A stretch of 64,000 nt of DNA from a virus. The notes under the pieces are model-generated. The model saw only the letters and a list, made by a program, of their open reading frames with translations, was not told the origin of the DNA and ran no database searches. Both the position numbers and the translations under genes were made by a program. Position 1 is the stretch's first letter, and each line of letters opens with the position of its first letter. The DNA lies in the IMG/VR virus record IMGVR_UViG_3300035660_000005, positions 14,298-78,297 of that record; one strand, written 5' to 3'. Below are positions 9,857-19,778 of the stretch, piece after piece.

Positions 9857-11218
9857 CTACAGGTATCTTGGCTTGTACGTGATCGTAGCCACCGCGTCCG
9901 GCGCAGAGTCGGAGTGCAGCGAGAGCGAGTTGGAGCCAGGCAGCAGCTTCATGAACGCTGGGTCGCCGGCGTGGCGCAGCGAGCCGATGATACTGACCGG
10001 GCCACCGCCGGTGTCGAGCGTCGCCGTGAAGTTCTCGCAGTCGACCGCGAGGATGTCGTCCACGAGCATGGTCGCCAGCACCTCGACGTACCAACCCGAA
10101 GGGTGAGTGAGGCGCGGGTTCTCGCAAGCTCCGACGACCTCCCACACCAGGTTCGCCGTCTCGAACGTTCCTGGATGGTTGATCACCCACGGCTGTGTCT
10201 CAAGCCACCCACCAACGATGCTGAAGTTGTTCCACCGCTTGCTTCCAACGGCATTTGCACCCAGCCCATGCTTCGTGGCTGTCTGGTTGAACGAGTCAGT
10301 AATCGAGGCGACGAGACTCTCGTTGACGTAGAGCTGGATACTATTGCCGTCAAGTACGACCTTAACTACGTCGCCGTCTTGCGGTGCGGGATCGCCCTCC
10401 CACAAGAGTGTATGCCCACCGGCCTGCCTCCGATAGATGTAGTAATGAGCGCCGTCCACGTTCACAAAAAAGCCGTTGTCCACGTCGCTGTACCGAAAAG
10501 CCACTCTCTGACCGTTGGCCCACTCCGAAAGGACGACCTGCACGGTACAGTCCGACAGGCCCACGTCTATCACTGCCAACTCCTTGTCTCCGCCTCCTGC
10601 GGCTGCAAGGTAGGCCTGATTGTCAACGATGCCCCACGTGCCCCAAAGGATTTCCCAAGGTTGTCCTTCCAGCAAACCACCATCCAGATTCCCCAGGTTC
10701 GCAGCATCATTTGACCTATCGAATGTGTCAGAAGCCCAAAGCAAGTCGTGCTCCAACGTCTCCACCGTCGTCGGCCCGTACCAGAACGGATCGGGCATCA
10801 CCATGTCGACGGTGAACCGTGCGACCGCACCCTTAACGGAGTCGAAGTCCAACGTGCCGAGTACCTCCGCGACCGCCGTGCGCTCGCTCCCATCGGGTAG
10901 AACCCTTCGCAATGTGAGGAGACTATCACGGCGGCCGAAGAGTTGACGCAGTGCGTCCAAGTTGTCGTAGAGTGTGGCGAGACTGTCGAGGTGATCAGGG
11001 ATCCCCCCGTCCGGCGTACAACCGAGCACGAACATCGACAGCGCCAGCTTGCGCTCGTCGTAGTACTTCACGCGCGAGCGCGAGCCGTGTCGATACGGGA
11101 TCACGAGATTGTCGCCGCGTGTTGGCGGTATCCCTGTTCCCGTCGGTACAGCTTCGATGTTCCATGCCAACGTTCTGAGCGACTGGTTGTCTACGTACCA
11201 AGCCTCCATGGCTACCAC
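9857..11218 (-). CDS. Distal tail protein (Dit) with an inserted lectin-like domain
   Basis: Follows the tape measure gene; PDPFWY and LLPGSNSL Dit motifs flank an SDTFDRSN...WNNF insert. Confidence 0.75.
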   Translation of the reverse strand: MVAMEAWYVDNQSLRTLAWNIEAVPTGTGIPPTRGDNLVIPYRHGSRSRVKYYDERKLALSMFVLGCTPDGGIPDHLDSLATLYDNLDALRQLFGRRDSLLTLRRVLPDGSERTAVAEVLGTLDFDSVKGAVARFTVDMVMPDPFWYGPTTVETLEHDLLWASDTFDRSNDAANLGNLDGGLLEGQPWEILWGTWGIVDNQAYLAAAGGGDKELAVIDVGLSDCTVQVVLSEWANGQRVAFRYSDVDNGFFVNVDGAHYYIYRRQAGGHTLLWEGDPAPQDGDVVKVVLDGNSIQLYVNESLVASITDSFNQTATKHGLGANAVGSKRWNNFSIVGGWLETQPWVINHPGTFETANLVWEVVGACENPRLTHPSGWYVEVLATMLVDDILAVDCENFTATLDTGGGPVSIIGSLRHAGDPAFMKLLPGSNSLSLHSDSAPDAVATITYKPRYL

Positions 11219-14200
11219 GCTCCCAAGTGACCGAACTGAAGCAACTTGCGATGCAGGCTGTCCTCCGCGGCCTCTGGTCGCGGGTTGTAGACGTGAACGT
11301 TGAGTTCTCTCTTACCTGGACCGGCCTGCTGCCCAGCGAACTTCTGGAGCACGTTCAACGGCCCAGCGCCCGTCGGGTTGAGAACGCCCATCTGTCGCGG
11401 CAGGTCCTTGACTCCAGCGCCCCAACCACCGAGCAGCCCAGCGGCCATGTCACCACCGACCTTGGCGAACTTCGTCGAAGGCGACTCGGCGCCGGCCTCC
11501 TCCTGAGCGGCCGCGATAGCGGCGTCGATGATCTCCCTGATCCTGTCGTAGAGTGTACCAGCGGCCGCATCGAGCCCACGGATCATACCAGCGATCAGTT
11601 CCTCCCCTACACGTCCAAACATCGAGCTGCCCTCGCCCATGGCGTAACTGAACGCTCCACTGGCAGCGTAGCCGACGAGCGCCGCACCACCCTGCTTGGC
11701 TGGTTCGACGCCGGCGATGATGGCCGCGGTCGCGGATGCAACGACAGCATCACCGATACTCGGCGCTTCCGCCTCGGCTGTATCGGTGCCCTCCTGGGCG
11801 GTGTCGACGACAGCTCCGACGATGGACGTGTTGAGTGTGGTGGCAGCCTCGTTGACGGCTGCCGGTAGCCCAGGCAGGCCCATCGCTGCACGAGTGGCGC
11901 TAGCCCACCCCTCGTCGAGCGCGTCCGGAAGATCTGGTAGACCCATCGCCGTACGTGTCGACTCAGCCCACTGGACAGCCATACTCTTGGCGGCCTCGTC
12001 TGCCGCCGTCGGTAGGGCAGAGAGTCCCATCGATGCGCGGGTAGCGTTGGCCCAGCCCTCATCCATGGCGGCCGGAAGATCGGGGAGCGCCATCGACTGA
12101 CGAACCAGGTCTCCCCACTGTGCGGCCATACTCGGAGCGCCAGCTGCAATACCAGAACCGACCTCGTTCGCGATCTTGAGACCGGCCTCGAATAGGGTCG
12201 ACCACGGCCCAGGAATCTTGTCCACGCCAGGGACGTTCTTGAGGCCACCAAGCATCGCGTTAGCGCCCTCACCGATTAGGTCTGCACCGGCACTGAGGCC
12301 CTTGCCGATCAGGTCAGGGAAGGATCCGGCCCACTCTGTGACCTTGGCAATCACGAAGTCCTTGGCGTTCAACACGCCCTGCCAGATCAGGTCAGGGATC
12401 TGTTCGCCTCGAGCAACCAGGCCTGGAGAACCGAACCAGTTCATCGGGTTGAGGATACTGAGGATGTCACCGACCAGCCCGCGCAGTCCACCAAGTAGTG
12501 TCTCCATTGCGTTCTGCACGCCCTGCCACATCAGGCCAGGCACACTCTGGGCGATGCCGAGCACCCCACTGATCCCTGAGCTGAGCGTCCCCAGGATGGT
12601 CGACGCGATGTTCGAGCCCATCTCAGCGAGGCTGCCCGCGATGCCCGTGATCGCTTCCCACGCCTTGTCACGGAAGAGTGCAAAGAGGAGGCCTGGGATG
12701 CCCCCGAACACTGTGAGCAAGATTGTCTGCCAGTTGCTCGTGAAGAAGTTCGGAATGTCGGAGGTGAAGAAGGACAGGATTGTGTTCCATGCGGCCATTG
12801 CCTGATCGTGGAACACCGTGAAGAGGATACCGGGGATGCCACCGAAGACGACGATCAGGATTTGTGTCCAGTTGTCCTTGAAGAAGTTCGGAATCGTAGT
12901 GGTGAAGAATGGGACGATCTTCTCGTTCCAGACGCCCGCCAGCATCGAACCGAGGTTGCCGAAGAGCCCGGTCACTGCGTCCATAGCGCCCTGGAACAAG
13001 CCCAACAGCTTGGTGCGGATCCCGAAACTGTCGCCCGCGAGCGCGCCGGCGAAGATCCCGATCGGGCCGAGTAGGATACCCGCCACCATCGGCCAGTTGT
13101 CCTTGAGCCAGGCCAACGCCTGCTGTCCCATCTGGAGCAGCGGCTCGAAGAGGTGCATGAAGAACTCGCCGACCTTCTGAAGTGCCGGTAGGAGGACATC
13201 TGCAAAGAACTTCTTGACGTCATCCCAGTGGGTGATCAGGAGGTACGCAATGGCTGCGGCGGCGGCCACGGCCACGACGATGCCGAGAGGCGGTGTCATC
13301 ATCGCCATGCCCAGTCCGCGTGCGGCGGTCGTCACCATGGGGAGCGTCTTCCCCATGCCACCGAGGGCACCAGTTAGTCCACCGATCATCGCGGCCGGCT
13401 TGACTCCCATCGCACCCATGATCTGAAACGCTGGCGCGAAGTCCTTGGTCACGCTCATGGCGGTGCCCTTGATCTGGTTGCCCAACAGCTTCAGACGATT
13501 CATGAGCGTGCCTTCGATGGCCGCGGCCGCCCTGTCGGTGGCACCTGCCGCCTCTTCGACCGACACCGAGAACGCACTTATGTCACCACCAGATGCGGAC
13601 AAAGCTGCAGACAGTTTAGGACCAGCCTTCGCGCCGAACAGGTCGATCGCAACCTGGGCGCGCAGTGTTGGATCCTCGATCTTGCTGATGGAGTCGGACA
13701 GAATCTTGAACTTCTCTGCCGGGGACATTGCCATGAAGGCAGCCAGGGAATCTCCCGTCAGTCCGATACTCGTCGCTATCGTCTCCAACTTCTTGTTGCT
13801 GGCGTCGGTGTTGTCAGTGAGCAGTACCACGGCCTTGGAAAACGCGGTGGATGTGGACGCGGCGTCAATGCCCGATGCCTCGAAGAGGTTGAGGTAGCTG
13901 ATGGCGTCATCCATGCTCATACCCAGAGTCGTGAAGGTCGGAGCCAACGTATTCAGCGCTCCCGTACTCGCCTGGACGTTTGTACCGAACCGCTGGTGAG
14001 AGACGATGAGGCGATCCATGATGCCTTCGCCATCGGCCGCCGTTCCGCCCCACGCGTCGAGAACGGCATCAAAGTCCTTCACACTCTGCACCGCATCAAG
14101 ACCTGTGGCAGTGGAGAACTTGAGGTACTGCTCCGTCATGCCACGGACCTCTTCCTTGTTCTGGGCGTTCACGCCTTGCATGGCGATGAGGTTCTCGGAG

Positions 14201-14523
14201 ACACCGGCGATGGCTGCCTGACTCTGAAGGTTGCTCTTGGAAAGGTCGATGGTCACGCCCTTGATGGCGTTCAGGTCGCTGCCAGTCACTCCAGTTTGGG
14301 CAGACAGTTGGGCCATGCTGGCGTCAAGTTGGTTGAACGAGGTGCCGAGGACGCCCACGCCGGCACCGAGGCCGGCGCCGATGGCGCCACCGAGGGCTGG
14401 GCCAAGCATCTTTCCGATAGACGCAGAGCCAGTCTTGGCCCTGGCCTCGGCCTGGTCCATCCCCTTCATGAAGTCGTCAGTTTTCGTCTTGAGATCGAAG
14501 ACTGACTCTCCGGCATCACCCAT
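11212..14523 (-). CDS. Tail tape measure protein
   Basis: 1103 aa, Ala/Gly-rich helical sequence, LFGAKAG motif, periodic Trp/Phe repeats. Confidence 0.92.
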   Translation of the reverse strand: MGDAGESVFDLKTKTDDFMKGMDQAEARAKTGSASIGKMLGPALGGAIGAGLGAGVGVLGTSFNQLDASMAQLSAQTGVTGSDLNAIKGVTIDLSKSNLQSQAAIAGVSENLIAMQGVNAQNKEEVRGMTEQYLKFSTATGLDAVQSVKDFDAVLDAWGGTAADGEGIMDRLIVSHQRFGTNVQASTGALNTLAPTFTTLGMSMDDAISYLNLFEASGIDAASTSTAFSKAVVLLTDNTDASNKKLETIATSIGLTGDSLAAFMAMSPAEKFKILSDSISKIEDPTLRAQVAIDLFGAKAGPKLSAALSASGGDISAFSVSVEEAAGATDRAAAAIEGTLMNRLKLLGNQIKGTAMSVTKDFAPAFQIMGAMGVKPAAMIGGLTGALGGMGKTLPMVTTAARGLGMAMMTPPLGIVVAVAAAAAIAYLLITHWDDVKKFFADVLLPALQKVGEFFMHLFEPLLQMGQQALAWLKDNWPMVAGILLGPIGIFAGALAGDSFGIRTKLLGLFQGAMDAVTGLFGNLGSMLAGVWNEKIVPFFTTTIPNFFKDNWTQILIVVFGGIPGILFTVFHDQAMAAWNTILSFFTSDIPNFFTSNWQTILLTVFGGIPGLLFALFRDKAWEAITGIAGSLAEMGSNIASTILGTLSSGISGVLGIAQSVPGLMWQGVQNAMETLLGGLRGLVGDILSILNPMNWFGSPGLVARGEQIPDLIWQGVLNAKDFVIAKVTEWAGSFPDLIGKGLSAGADLIGEGANAMLGGLKNVPGVDKIPGPWSTLFEAGLKIANEVGSGIAAGAPSMAAQWGDLVRQSMALPDLPAAMDEGWANATRASMGLSALPTAADEAAKSMAVQWAESTRTAMGLPDLPDALDEGWASATRAAMGLPGLPAAVNEAATTLNTSIVGAVVDTAQEGTDTAEAEAPSIGDAVVASATAAIIAGVEPAKQGGAALVGYAASGAFSYAMGEGSSMFGRVGEELIAGMIRGLDAAAGTLYDRIREIIDAAIAAAQEEAGAESPSTKFAKVGGDMAAGLLGGWGAGVKDLPRQMGVLNPTGAGPLNVLQKFAGQQAGPGKRELNVHVYNPRPEAAEDSLHRKLLQFGHLGAW

Positions 14524-14527
14524 CTAA

Positions 14528-14869
14528 CTAGTCCCTATGGAACCCGATTCCAATCGGTCCAAGTGTCTTCTCGTACTCGTCCACGTGCAGCCTCTTGGCC
14601 GGTCGGCGGGAGCGCGAACGACTTCGCAGCTCGGAAAGCATCTGCTGCTGGGCGGACTTCTTCATGTGTGGGAACGCGCTCGTGCGAGCCATCATGACTT
14701 CCGTCGTTGCGAGCAGTTGAGGAAGTTGTTCGACGTACATCGCCAACACCCAGTTCGGAAGTCGACACAGCTCCTCGAACCCGAGCCCGAACCAGAAGGT
14801 CAGGATCGGGAACGACTCCACCGCTTCGCGGAGTGAGTCACGCTCGACGGAGTCGTCTTGCTCGCTCAC
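14528..14869 (-). CDS. Tail assembly chaperone, second (gpT-like) ORF
   Basis: Between the first chaperone ORF and the tape measure gene; has its own AAGGAG-N7-GTG start. Confidence 0.6.
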   Translation of the reverse strand: MSEQDDSVERDSLREAVESFPILTFWFGLGFEELCRLPNWVLAMYVEQLPQLLATTEVMMARTSAFPHMKKSAQQQMLSELRSRSRSRRPAKRLHVDEYEKTLGPIGIGFHRD

Positions 14870-15296
14870 GAACGGACTCCTTGACGGCACCCTCTGCGTC
14901 GTCGGCCAGCTGCTCCTCCACTTCGTGCTCGACGGCGAGCAGCTTTCGCAGTGCGCCTATCTCCATTCCAGCGTATAGAACGAGCTTGCGCTGGGCGACG
15001 ATTGGTAGGGCCTCGATCTTGTCACGCGGGAGGGTCGTCATGAGGGCCAAGATCTCCACCCGAATTTCGGCCAACGAGTCCGCCAGCTTCATGACGCGCT
15101 CCTCGTTGGTCGGGGATGTAGACTCGATCTCACGCAGGATCCACTCCTCGCGCTTGGAGAGTGCGCGGACCTTCGCCTCTTCGAACTTCGTCATGTGCGA
15201 CAGCGTTCGAAGTTCGTACCGTTCGCCGTCGACGGTGAAGGGGATGGCAGGCTCGATCTGGGTGGAGAGTGTGATCAGGTTGTCTGTGTCCGACAT
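14838..15296 (-). CDS. Tail assembly chaperone (gpG-like)
   Basis: Synteny after the major tail gene; FTVDGERYEL motif. Confidence 0.65.
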   Translation of the reverse strand: MSDTDNLITLSTQIEPAIPFTVDGERYELRTLSHMTKFEEAKVRALSKREEWILREIESTSPTNEERVMKLADSLAEIRVEILALMTTLPRDKIEALPIVAQRKLVLYAGMEIGALRKLLAVEHEVEEQLADDAEGAVKESVRERARRLRRA

Positions 15297-15514
15297 AGCT
15301 CTGAGTCCTCCTCTATGCTAATGTCATACTCCAGCCGAATCCCCATAGCGGCATAGTGCCGCTGGAGCTGGCTGAGCTTTTCCATCACCTCGCGAGCCTT
15401 GCGGCGGTACAACCCGCTGAGTCGCTTGTACTCGCGAGCGGTGTCGCGGAAGTCGCGGAACAGTGCCCGCAGAACCTCCGTCGTATCAGGCGTCTGGGAC
15501 TCCGCCATAGCCAT
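15275..15514 (-). CDS. Hypothetical helical protein in the tail module
   Basis: 79-aa ORF, co-directional and overlapping the next gene. Confidence 0.55.
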   Translation of the reverse strand: MAMAESQTPDTTEVLRALFRDFRDTAREYKRLSGLYRRKAREVMEKLSQLQRHYAAMGIRLEYDISIEEDSELCRTQTT

Positions 15515-15541
15515 GTCCCTTGTTCGCTTGATCCGTCGAAC

Positions 15542-16141
15542 TTATGCCGGTGTTGGCGGAGCGTCCTGAGCCCGCAGCGAGCCGAAGCGCACTTCGGGAG
15601 TGGCCGCATCCGGGTCCTCGAGGGCTTCCCACTCCGTGTCGAGGATCGTCTTGTCGTCCTTCACGAAGGCCGGAGCCGGCGAGCCGGACTGCACAACGAT
15701 CGGGATCTCGAACTGCATGAAGGCGTCCATGTAGGGTGAAGGCCCACGGATAAGCATCGCGAAGCGTGCGACGTCGAAGCCCTGGCGCAGCGGGAAGCTG
15801 CGGTGGCCGGCGGCGCCCACACCCGGAGCGATGTCGGAGACGAACGCGTCGTTCATGACCCGTGCGTAGCGTTCTAGGGTCAACTCCGCGATCGAGAAGG
15901 ACACCTTCATGTGCTCCTCTGTGCGGATGGCCTTGACTGGGCCACTGGCCTGGTCCACGTAGAGCAGGTCGACGCTCTCGTCGTGAGAGGTGGTGATTCC
16001 GCCCTCAGTGCGGCCGAGCGACACCCAGTCCCCAGTGGGCTCGGCGTCGATGTCAGGGAACTCGGTGCCCACCGGAGCGACGAAGACGTCCGCTGGACCT
16101 GCGATGATCTCGTACGGTGTAGTGCTCATGTTACTCCTCAC
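15542..16141 (-). CDS. Major tail tube protein
   Basis: IIAGPADVFVAPVGT...WVSLGRTEGG; synteny. Confidence 0.85.
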   Translation of the reverse strand: MRSNMSTTPYEIIAGPADVFVAPVGTEFPDIDAEPTGDWVSLGRTEGGITTSHDESVDLLYVDQASGPVKAIRTEEHMKVSFSIAELTLERYARVMNDAFVSDIAPGVGAAGHRSFPLRQGFDVARFAMLIRGPSPYMDAFMQFEIPIVVQSGSPAPAFVKDDKTILDTEWEALEDPDAATPEVRFGSLRAQDAPPTPA

Positions 16142-16385
16142 TTGCCTCAGGGGCAGGAGCCGGTAGCTCCACCCACCTTGGCTCTGGTTCCGGCTCCGGA
16201 AGCGGAAGAGCCGGAACGTGAACCTTGTCCACGTTCCACTCCGCTCCTGTGTCGGCTAGGATGCGCTTCTTCGTCACCTCGTCCACATCGTGCGAGTCGC
16301 CGACCTTCCACGACAAGCCTGACGTCGGATCCACGTAGACGCCGCACGGCCCGAGGTACGTAAGGGTGAACATCTTCGGCTTCAT
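16131..16385 (-). CDS. Small neck/tail-region protein with a Pro/Glu-rich tail
   Basis: ORF with a GAGG RBS in the structural operon. Confidence 0.55.
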   Translation of the reverse strand: MKPKMFTLTYLGPCGVYVDPTSGLSWKVGDSHDVDEVTKKRILADTGAEWNVDKVHVPALPLPEPEPEPRWVELPAPAPEASEE

Positions 16386-16401
16386 TATACCTCCTCTGTC
16401 G

Positions 16402-16842
16402 TCACTCGGGAATCGGCTCCGTACCGACCATCGTCTCTACGAACAACGTCTCTTGGAACCACGTTCCGGTCTCGTCGGGCGTCATGTTTGGCCCACTGAC
16501 GATCGTCGTGTAGTGAACGAGGTAGAGCTTTCCCGAGCTAGGCTGCCGCACGCTGCGGCGATTCTTCAGGTGCCACTTGTCAATCACGGCACGACTGATC
16601 AGCTCCACCTGCCTCAGCGAGGGCGCGATACAGCGGATGGATAGTCGCGCTCGTACGAGCGGCAGGTACTTCTCGATTACTGGGAAGCCCACCTCGGCGA
16701 GGGAGACACAGCCGATGCTGAACTCCTCTTCCTTCGCCGGACCGACCATCACGCCACCAGGCGCCGCATCAGCGATCTCGGCAAAGCTCTGAAGCTCAAC
16801 CATCAGCAGTTCAGGTACAGACACCAGTGTGATCTCCACCAC
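16402..16842 (-). CDS. Tail terminator-like protein
   Basis: Size and synteny upstream of the major tail gene. Confidence 0.6.
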   Translation of the reverse strand: MVEITLVSVPELLMVELQSFAEIADAAPGGVMVGPAKEEEFSIGCVSLAEVGFPVIEKYLPLVRARLSIRCIAPSLRQVELISRAVIDKWHLKNRRSVRQPSSGKLYLVHYTTIVSGPNMTPDETGTWFQETLFVETMVGTEPIPE

Positions 16843-16844
16843 CG

Positions 16845-17288
16845 CTAAAACCCCTCCTCACTCATGGCCTGCTTTAGCTGCGCTTGGTATCCTGCCGTCG
16901 CTGCCTCCACCGCGGGCTCGAGGAACTGGTGATCTCCGCCACGTCGGTTCTCGTACTCGGCATAGCTGATCCACGACCCGACACGAACTACGGCTCCGTC
17001 ATCTACCCACTGGGGGATCTCCCCCATCGCCGGTAGCGACATCGCTGAGCCCTTAGGTGGCGTGGCCGCCTGGCCCTCGTCGCCACTGCCCTGGTAGTTG
17101 CGTGGCGCGGCGTGGATCGAACGCGAGAGTGTGCCGGTCAGACGGTGAACTCGAGTCTTCATGTTGGTCACCGCCGTCTCCGCCCAAGCGATCATCGAAC
17201 GCGACACAGCGCGCTTGACCTTCTGCTTGATCTCCACGCCCTTCCAGTTCAGCGTGTAGCCGCTGACTCCAGGCGATCCCTTAGGCAT
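16845..17288 (-). CDS. HK97 gp10-like tail completion protein
   Basis: TGTLSRSI, SYAEYE and FLEPAVE motifs. Confidence 0.8.
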   Translation of the reverse strand: MPKGSPGVSGYTLNWKGVEIKQKVKRAVSRSMIAWAETAVTNMKTRVHRLTGTLSRSIHAAPRNYQGSGDEGQAATPPKGSAMSLPAMGEIPQWVDDGAVVRVGSWISYAEYENRRGGDHQFLEPAVEAATAGYQAQLKQAMSEEGF

Positions 17289-17655
17289 CTGCTATGCTCC
17301 TCACTACACGACAGGGACACTCCAGGTGGTGGAGCTGCCCGTCGCCGCCGTACACCTTACGTACGAGTGCGATGTCCAGCTCTCGTGCCAGCACCTGTTC
17401 ACCATCTGGCCCCAGGATTTGCGAGATCCGATCTCCCTCGTTCGCGTCCACGCTCGGGTCCATGTAGACGACGTACTCGATGTCCACGTAACCACGCTGC
17501 GCGAGCGACTGCCGCTCACGACCACTCGCCGAGCGCAACCGACAAGAGATGTCTGTCGCCTTGTCGTCCCACTCGTCTACCGGCTGGTTGAACCGGTCCT
17601 TGATGCCGCGCGGCTTCTGGATCGTCGCGCGCATTGCGAGTAGCGACGTGAACAT
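17281..17655 (-). CDS. Head closure/stopper protein (SPP1 gp16-like)
   Basis: DRFNQP...W, EGDRI and HHLE motifs. Confidence 0.75.
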   Translation of the reverse strand: MFTSLLAMRATIQKPRGIKDRFNQPVDEWDDKATDISCRLRSASGRERQSLAQRGYVDIEYVVYMDPSVDANEGDRISQILGPDGEQVLARELDIALVRKVYGGDGQLHHLECPCRVVRSIADA

Positions 17656-17664
17656 CGCTACGCT

Positions 17665-18027
17665 CTAGCCCATCCGGTAGGCGCGGACCTTGAAGGCGGA
17701 CTCGTGCGCTGCCTCGAAGTTCACGTAGACCTTGCCGGCGTCCGCGCCCGACTGCTTGTTGTAGACGTCCACTGGGAACGGACCGAACGTCCAGGTCTCG
17801 GTCTTCGGGATCGACTTCACAATGTCCTCGACCACCTTGCCGTCGACGGTAGCTGTCGTCACGATGGTCACACTGTACGGGTTGTCTGCGTCGGAGTTGC
17901 GGACCTCGATCCAGCAGTAGCCATTGTTGGCGAACATGAGACCCTCGGCGGTCCCTGTGGTCTCAGTAGGCGTCTTAACGCCGGCACGACTGATCTGGGT
18001 CGGCACAACATCTACTCGAACGGCCAT
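17665..18027 (-). CDS. Virion structural protein
   Basis: FANNG...FGPFP...YN beta-rich protein in the neck region. Confidence 0.6.
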   Translation of the reverse strand: MAVRVDVVPTQISRAGVKTPTETTGTAEGLMFANNGYCWIEVRNSDADNPYSVTIVTTATVDGKVVEDIVKSIPKTETWTFGPFPVDVYNKQSGADAGKVYVNFEAAHESAFKVRAYRMG

Positions 18028-18039
18028 GGTAGCCTCCTC

Positions 18040-18648
18040 TTATGTGCTTCGAATGTGGACCTTCTTGTAAGGTCCCAAGTACTCTGTCGCGATGGGCGGG
18101 ATTACGATGGTCGCGTCGCCGGCCCTGGAGTACGAGTAGTCGCCAAGCGACTCACTTGCGAGCCGATTGGCGTCGCGTGCGGAGCAGGCATACGTCGTTG
18201 CAGCGATGGCCGCAACCGCCTCCCGCACCAACGGTGGTACGACGCCCATCGCAGTGTAGGTGACTTCGATGCGGGCCCACTCGCCCGGTGGAACCTCGAC
18301 AACGGCTTCCTCGAACCCTTCTGGTGTCCGGTATCGCTCGTAGTGCAGTCGGATCTTGCCGCGCTCCTGAACGTCGTAGCTGGTATTCGCTACCAACGTC
18401 ACGCCAAGATCGTCCGCTGTGATGAACGCCTTGACGACCACCGCGGTCGGACTCTCGTCCTTCAGTTGCAGTAGGGAGTCCTGGCGCACATCATAGAACT
18501 TCTCAGTGACGGTGCCGCTGGTGTCCCAGTCCTTCTTGCAGACGTGCTTCACCCACTCGGATGCAGCCTCGAGGTACTTCTCGATGTCCGCGTCGTTCGC
18601 ACTCGGGTCCTTCAACCAGCGCTTGACGTCGTCCTTGGTCGCGAGCAT
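18040..18648 (-). CDS. Head-tail adaptor (gp6/gp15-like)
   Basis: ATKDDVK, VPPLVREAV, SESLGDYSYS and LGPYK motifs. Confidence 0.85.
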   Translation of the reverse strand: MLATKDDVKRWLKDPSANDADIEKYLEAASEWVKHVCKKDWDTSGTVTEKFYDVRQDSLLQLKDESPTAVVVKAFITADDLGVTLVANTSYDVQERGKIRLHYERYRTPEGFEEAVVEVPPGEWARIEVTYTAMGVVPPLVREAVAAIAATTYACSARDANRLASESLGDYSYSRAGDATIVIPPIATEYLGPYKKVHIRST

Positions 18649-18651
18649 CGC

Positions 18652-19047
18652 TTAGCCTCTACGGACCTCCACGAGGGCGGTAACGATCACCGCATCTGCG
18701 ATGACGTCGCAGCCGGCGACGTTGACCACCAACTCGCCGCAGACCAGTTGAGGCTTGGTGGCCGGAGTAGCGCGGTCAGCCCCGACAGTGTCCTTCTCCA
18801 CCTCAGTGATCTGAGCAAGCGGGAAGTCGGCGTTGTTGTTGGTGAGCGTGAGTAGCGTCTTGGGTACTGGGAGAGTGCAGGTGATCACAACGTCGGTAGT
18901 GCCAGGACAGGTCGGGTCGTAGTCCACGGCGAGTGCGATCAGACGCACGATGCCACCAGGAACTCCTGCCCTACCGGAACCCGTCGCCACTCCTGGGCCC
19001 ACGCCGGCGGTCGTCACCTTGATTGTCTCTAGCCTGACCAACGCCAT
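18652..19047 (-). CDS. Virion-associated hypothetical protein
   Basis: Beta-rich ORF in the head operon. Confidence 0.55.
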   Translation of the reverse strand: MALVRLETIKVTTAGVGPGVATGSGRAGVPGGIVRLIALAVDYDPTCPGTTDVVITCTLPVPKTLLTLTNNNADFPLAQITEVEKDTVGADRATPATKPQLVCGELVVNVAGCDVIADAVIVTALVEVRRG

Positions 19048-19050
19048 GTT

Positions 19051-19392
19051 CTAGTCCTCCTCTGTGGCAGCCAGATCCGTACTGAGGCACTTGTGTTGGT
19101 GCTTGTACGCCTTCCCGCACTTCTCGCATGTCTGCGATTCCGGCCTCGGCTCACGCAAGTCCTTGACCTCTAGGGGTCCGACTTCGCCCGGTGCATCTGG
19201 GTAGATCACCGTCTCGCCCGCTTCCTCTTCGTGCAATTCGCGGACGTGGACTCCGTGTGCCCTCCCGGCCGCCTTGGCAAGAGCCGGATCTTCGGTAGTG
19301 TAGACGCCAGGGCGGAACCGCTTGGTTCCGTAGCACCAGGTGTTGCAGAGATCCGACACCTCGAGCTCCCAGGTCTTCTTCGGCTGTGCCAT
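19051..19392 (-). CDS. Hypothetical protein with a C-terminal Zn-finger-like motif
   Basis: Start refined to MAQPKKTW after GAGGAGG; CEKCGKAYKHQHKC. Confidence 0.6.
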   Translation of the reverse strand: MAQPKKTWELEVSDLCNTWCYGTKRFRPGVYTTEDPALAKAAGRAHGVHVRELHEEEAGETVIYPDAPGEVGPLEVKDLREPRPESQTCEKCGKAYKHQHKCLSTDLAATEED

Positions 19393-19420
19393 GTGGCTAT
19401 GCCTCCTCGGGTTGCGAGCG

Positions 19421-19768
19421 TTACACGCTCGCGTCGATCGCGACGAGCAGCTCGCCCAGCTCACGCGAACCAGGGTAGCTGCCGGCCTGAGCGAGCGTGT
19501 CGATGTTGTGCCAGTCGATGGTGTAGTTGGCCTCGGTGTCACCGACCAGGGTTCGTAGTGCGTCAAGCACATGCGCCAGCTCCGCGGGGCCTGGCATCGC
19601 GTAGGTCGGGTTGCCATCGTTCCACGCGTTGACTGTGGCAGCCACGGCGTTCGCGCCGGCGCCGATGTGCGCACAGATGTGCAGAAGGGCCTCAGTCAAC
19701 TCCGCTGGGCCAGGCATGCCGGCACCACCGGCGGTGAGCCACTTCACGTGATCAGTCTGGTAGGACAT
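19421..19768 (-). CDS. Hypothetical protein with three internal repeats
   Basis: MPGPAEL twice plus YPGSREL. Confidence 0.6.
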   Translation of the reverse strand: MSYQTDHVKWLTAGGAGMPGPAELTEALLHICAHIGAGANAVAATVNAWNDGNPTYAMPGPAELAHVLDALRTLVGDTEANYTIDWHNIDTLAQAGSYPGSRELGELLVAIDASV

Positions 19769-19778
19769 GTCTGTCTCC

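Noticed and set aside
11850-12130. Repeats in the tape measure gene, the scaffold (DPNATP) and at 28746-28774 (15-bp duplication)
   Set aside because: They are in-frame protein-level repeats typical of these proteins and not separate elements.
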